Part shown: positions 61,148 to 64,000 of the stretch, piece by piece | Layout: each line of letters starts with the position of its first letter | How positions within the stretch are numbered: position 1 is the first letter of the stretch | Source of the DNA: Eledone cirrhosa | Lineage: Eukaryota | Assembly: GCA_964016885.1 (NCBI GenBank) | Contig: OZ024741.1 | Coordinates: 124,682,001-124,746,000 of the forward strand | Direction: 5' to 3' | Length of the DNA: 64,000 nucleotides | Notes under the pieces: generated by a model | Database searches by the model: none | Seen by the model: the letters and a program-made list of their open reading frames with translations, nothing else | What the model was told of the DNA's origin: nothing | Made by a program: the position numbers and the translations under genes

Positions 61148-64000
61148 TTTCTTTATTAACCACAAGGGTTTACATAAAGTAGACATTAAGGACAGTGCAG
61201 GACAATGCAGGACGGTACAAATGGGCATTTCTGCGTGTAAAAAAACAAAAACAGAGGATGTAACAAAAATAACAATGAAAATAACAATGAAAAATTCCCC
61301 AATAGGGGGGAGACTTCGGAGGGACATTTGTGGAGAAAGCCCAGTAAAAAGCCACAATGACCCTGACCACCAAGGCAAGTGCCCTCTCCCAGTTTTCCAC
61401 CTTTAGTTTACAGATATATACTCAGAGTCGGCCCATTCACTCGGGCCATTCTTGCTTCTCTCACCCATCTTTCAACAAAATGCTGGGAAGAGAGCACTTC
61501 CTTCTCTACTCTGATTTTCCTTTTCAAATGAAATTTGAAAAAGTCAATCAGAGCATCACCGAAGAGGTAAGTGCTCGTCTTCAGCCCTTTCAAACGTGTC
61601 CACCATACTATCTCTTTCGCCATGGCCACCAGGCAGATAAAAACTGCCTGCCCTTCCCGGCTAAAGGAGGAGGGCGGGGCAATCCTCACGATGGACTCAG
61701 ATGATAGCCGGATCCGTCCTAAACGCGACAGCAGGTGTTCGACATAAACCCACAAGTCAGCAATTTTCGGACACTGGACGAGTGCGTGCAGGACGGTTTC
61801 GTCGCCCTGCGCGCATCTCGGACATGCCCGGCTGACGGCACCTCCATGCCTGTAGAGTTTATCCCGAACTGGCAAGGCTCCTCGGTAGCACTGCCAGGCC
61901 AGAGATTTCTGGAAGTTGTCCATAGGCCCTGGCCCGAAAGTTCTTCCGAAGAGATTGGCTAGTTGATTTTCGTCGACGCCTAGAGTTTCCCCAAGTACGT
62001 CGTCGCTCTTCCCCTCCACTAATCCTCTATAGAACGCCGAGGTGGAGTTTCCACCGATCACATTGCCCGATTGGTCGAGGGCTGTGAGCGCCTGAAGACA
62101 TTCCAGTCTCCAGGCGCTCCCTCTCGGTCTTCGCTTGACCCAGGACTGCAGCTCCGTCAAGGAAACGAGCTGGGGAAACACGCGTCTAGCAAACGGCGAC
62201 CACACCTGATCACCGTCGAGGAAGAGGTGGAGATGTCGTAGCCTGAGCGCGTGCCTGCGCATCATCAGCCATGGCATGCCCAGCCCTCCACGTAGCGGGT
62301 GTTGACAACAGATGGACCGCCTGACCATCGGAGCGCGTCCCTTCCACAAAAAGCGAAAGAGCAAACGCTCCAGCACAGTCAGGCGAGGCTTAGGACAAGG
62401 TACGACGGTCAGGCGGTAGCAGATGACGGACGCGATGTACGCGTTAGCCACCTCCGCTCGACCTTTCAGGGATAGCTTCCTCTCGGCCCATTTCTGGGTG
62501 AGAGAAGCCACCCTGCTCGTCACCTCGTCCCAGTTTTTGTCCGTCTGGAGGTCCGGACCGAACCAGACCCCTAGCAATTTAACCGGTCCGTCCGTCCAGC
62601 GTCCGACGACGCTGTTGGACGGCATGGACCTGCCTCTCCAGGTGCCGAGCTGCAGGCCCACTGACTTTTCCTGGTTGATCATTGCTCCTGTCACCGCTTC
62701 GTATTCTCTTAGTGTAGTGCCGATCGCCTCGATGTGTTTGGCGTTCGACACCACTACGGTGACATCGTCCGCATATGCTGATACGGATCTTCCGCATCCT
62801 AGTTCGCGCGGGACCCCCCTCAACGTCTCCAGTTTGTGCAGTAATGGCTCGAGAGTCAATACGTACAAGAGGGACGAGAGGGGACATCCTTGGCGGACCG
62901 AGCGCATGATGTTGAACGGTTCCGACAGGTGACCGTTCACTCTCACCACAGAGCAGATGTCGCTGTGCATGGCAGCGATCCAGCCTCTGAAGACGGGCCC
63001 AAAGCCAGCCGCCCTCAGGACTGCCGCTAGGTAACGATGGTCGACCCTATCGAAAGCTTTCGACTGATCTAAATTGATCAAGGACCCACCCGTGCCAGGT
63101 TCCCTAGCTACCCGCTCTACGATGTATCGCATGAGGTGGAGGTTGTCGTGGATGGATCTGTCGGGAATGGCGCATGTCTGCGCCTCTCCCACCAGACCAC
63201 CAACGACAAGCGCCAACCTCTTTGCTAGCACCTTGGCCAAAATCTTAAACTCTGTGTTTAGCAGAGTTATGGGCCGGAAATTTTCTATGTTATCCCCCTT
63301 GTTCGGATCCTTTCTCAGCAGTGCCACCGCTCCTCGGCTCACAGAACTGGGAATTCTCCCGTTCTGTTGCCAGTTGCAGTAGACGTCCGCCAAGAGGCCT
63401 CCGAACAAGTCTGGCATCTGTACGTAAAGTTCATAGGGCAGACCATCCAAACCAGGCGATTTACCCCTTGTGCAGCCAGTCATTGCCTCCCGTACTTCAG
63501 CGGCTGTTATCGGCTTTTCGCAACACTCCGCCTCAGTGGCCGAGAGCCGCGGCAGTCCGTCGAGGTAGACACTAAAGTCCATCCCTCTACCCGGCCCCCC
63601 TCTGCCCCCGAACAGCTGAGCGAAGTGTCGCTGAAAAGCTTCACACATTTGCCCAGGATCGAGTAGCATGCGCCCGTCGTGGTCCACCAAAGACCGGATC
63701 GTGGCTTTGTTGCCACGACGCGCCTCCGCCACTCGGGCCCATTGAACGGCTTTCGTCCCCTCGTGTCTGAGAGCACGCACCCTAGCTCTGACAACGCAGC
63801 CTTCGTGCTTTGCATTGAAGAATTGGTCAAGGGCCAATTTCGCCGCAAGCACGTCGGTCGCAATGCCTTTGCTAAGCGCCTCGTCTAATTTTCTAACTAG
63901 TTCTCCCTCTGCTCTATTTTTCTCTATTGCTAAAGCCTTACTAAACCTAATCGATTCTATTCTAATCGCTCTTTTCAGAGCAAACCACCACTTGTTGTTG
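61146..64000 (-). mobile_element. Second Tx1 copy (3' part; continues beyond the window)
   Basis: Near-identical to 50726-53580; ORF2 is open from the window edge to 61408. Confidence 0.95.

Noticed and set aside
38642-63888. Numerous short antisense or overlapping ORFs within Dong and Tx1
   Set aside because: Shadow frames of the retrotransposon ORFs with no independent motifs

Overview
AT-rich, microsatellite-dense eukaryotic intergenic DNA. The repeat style suggests a cephalopod or other invertebrate (inference). I cannot confidently identify any host gene, and most short ORFs in the track are (TA)n/(CA)n artefacts. There are two main systems. (1) In 1-24 kb, many small elements sit in (TA)n runs. 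Many are foldbacks and many carry minimal type-I hammerhead ribozyme motifs like those of Penelope-like element (PLE) pLTRs and retrozymes. They include a U3-A8 compensatory core variant and a unit with two different hammerheads. Neptune-type PLE, CR1, RTE and SINE relics are interspersed. (2) In 37-64 kb, one (TAA)n tract holds a nested array of site-specific non-LTR retrotransposons: four R4/Dong-type RT-RLE elements from two families (one intact) and two antisense Tx1-type L1 elements (one full-length and intact). A related Tx1 family member at 32-34.5 kb sits instead in (ATCT)n.
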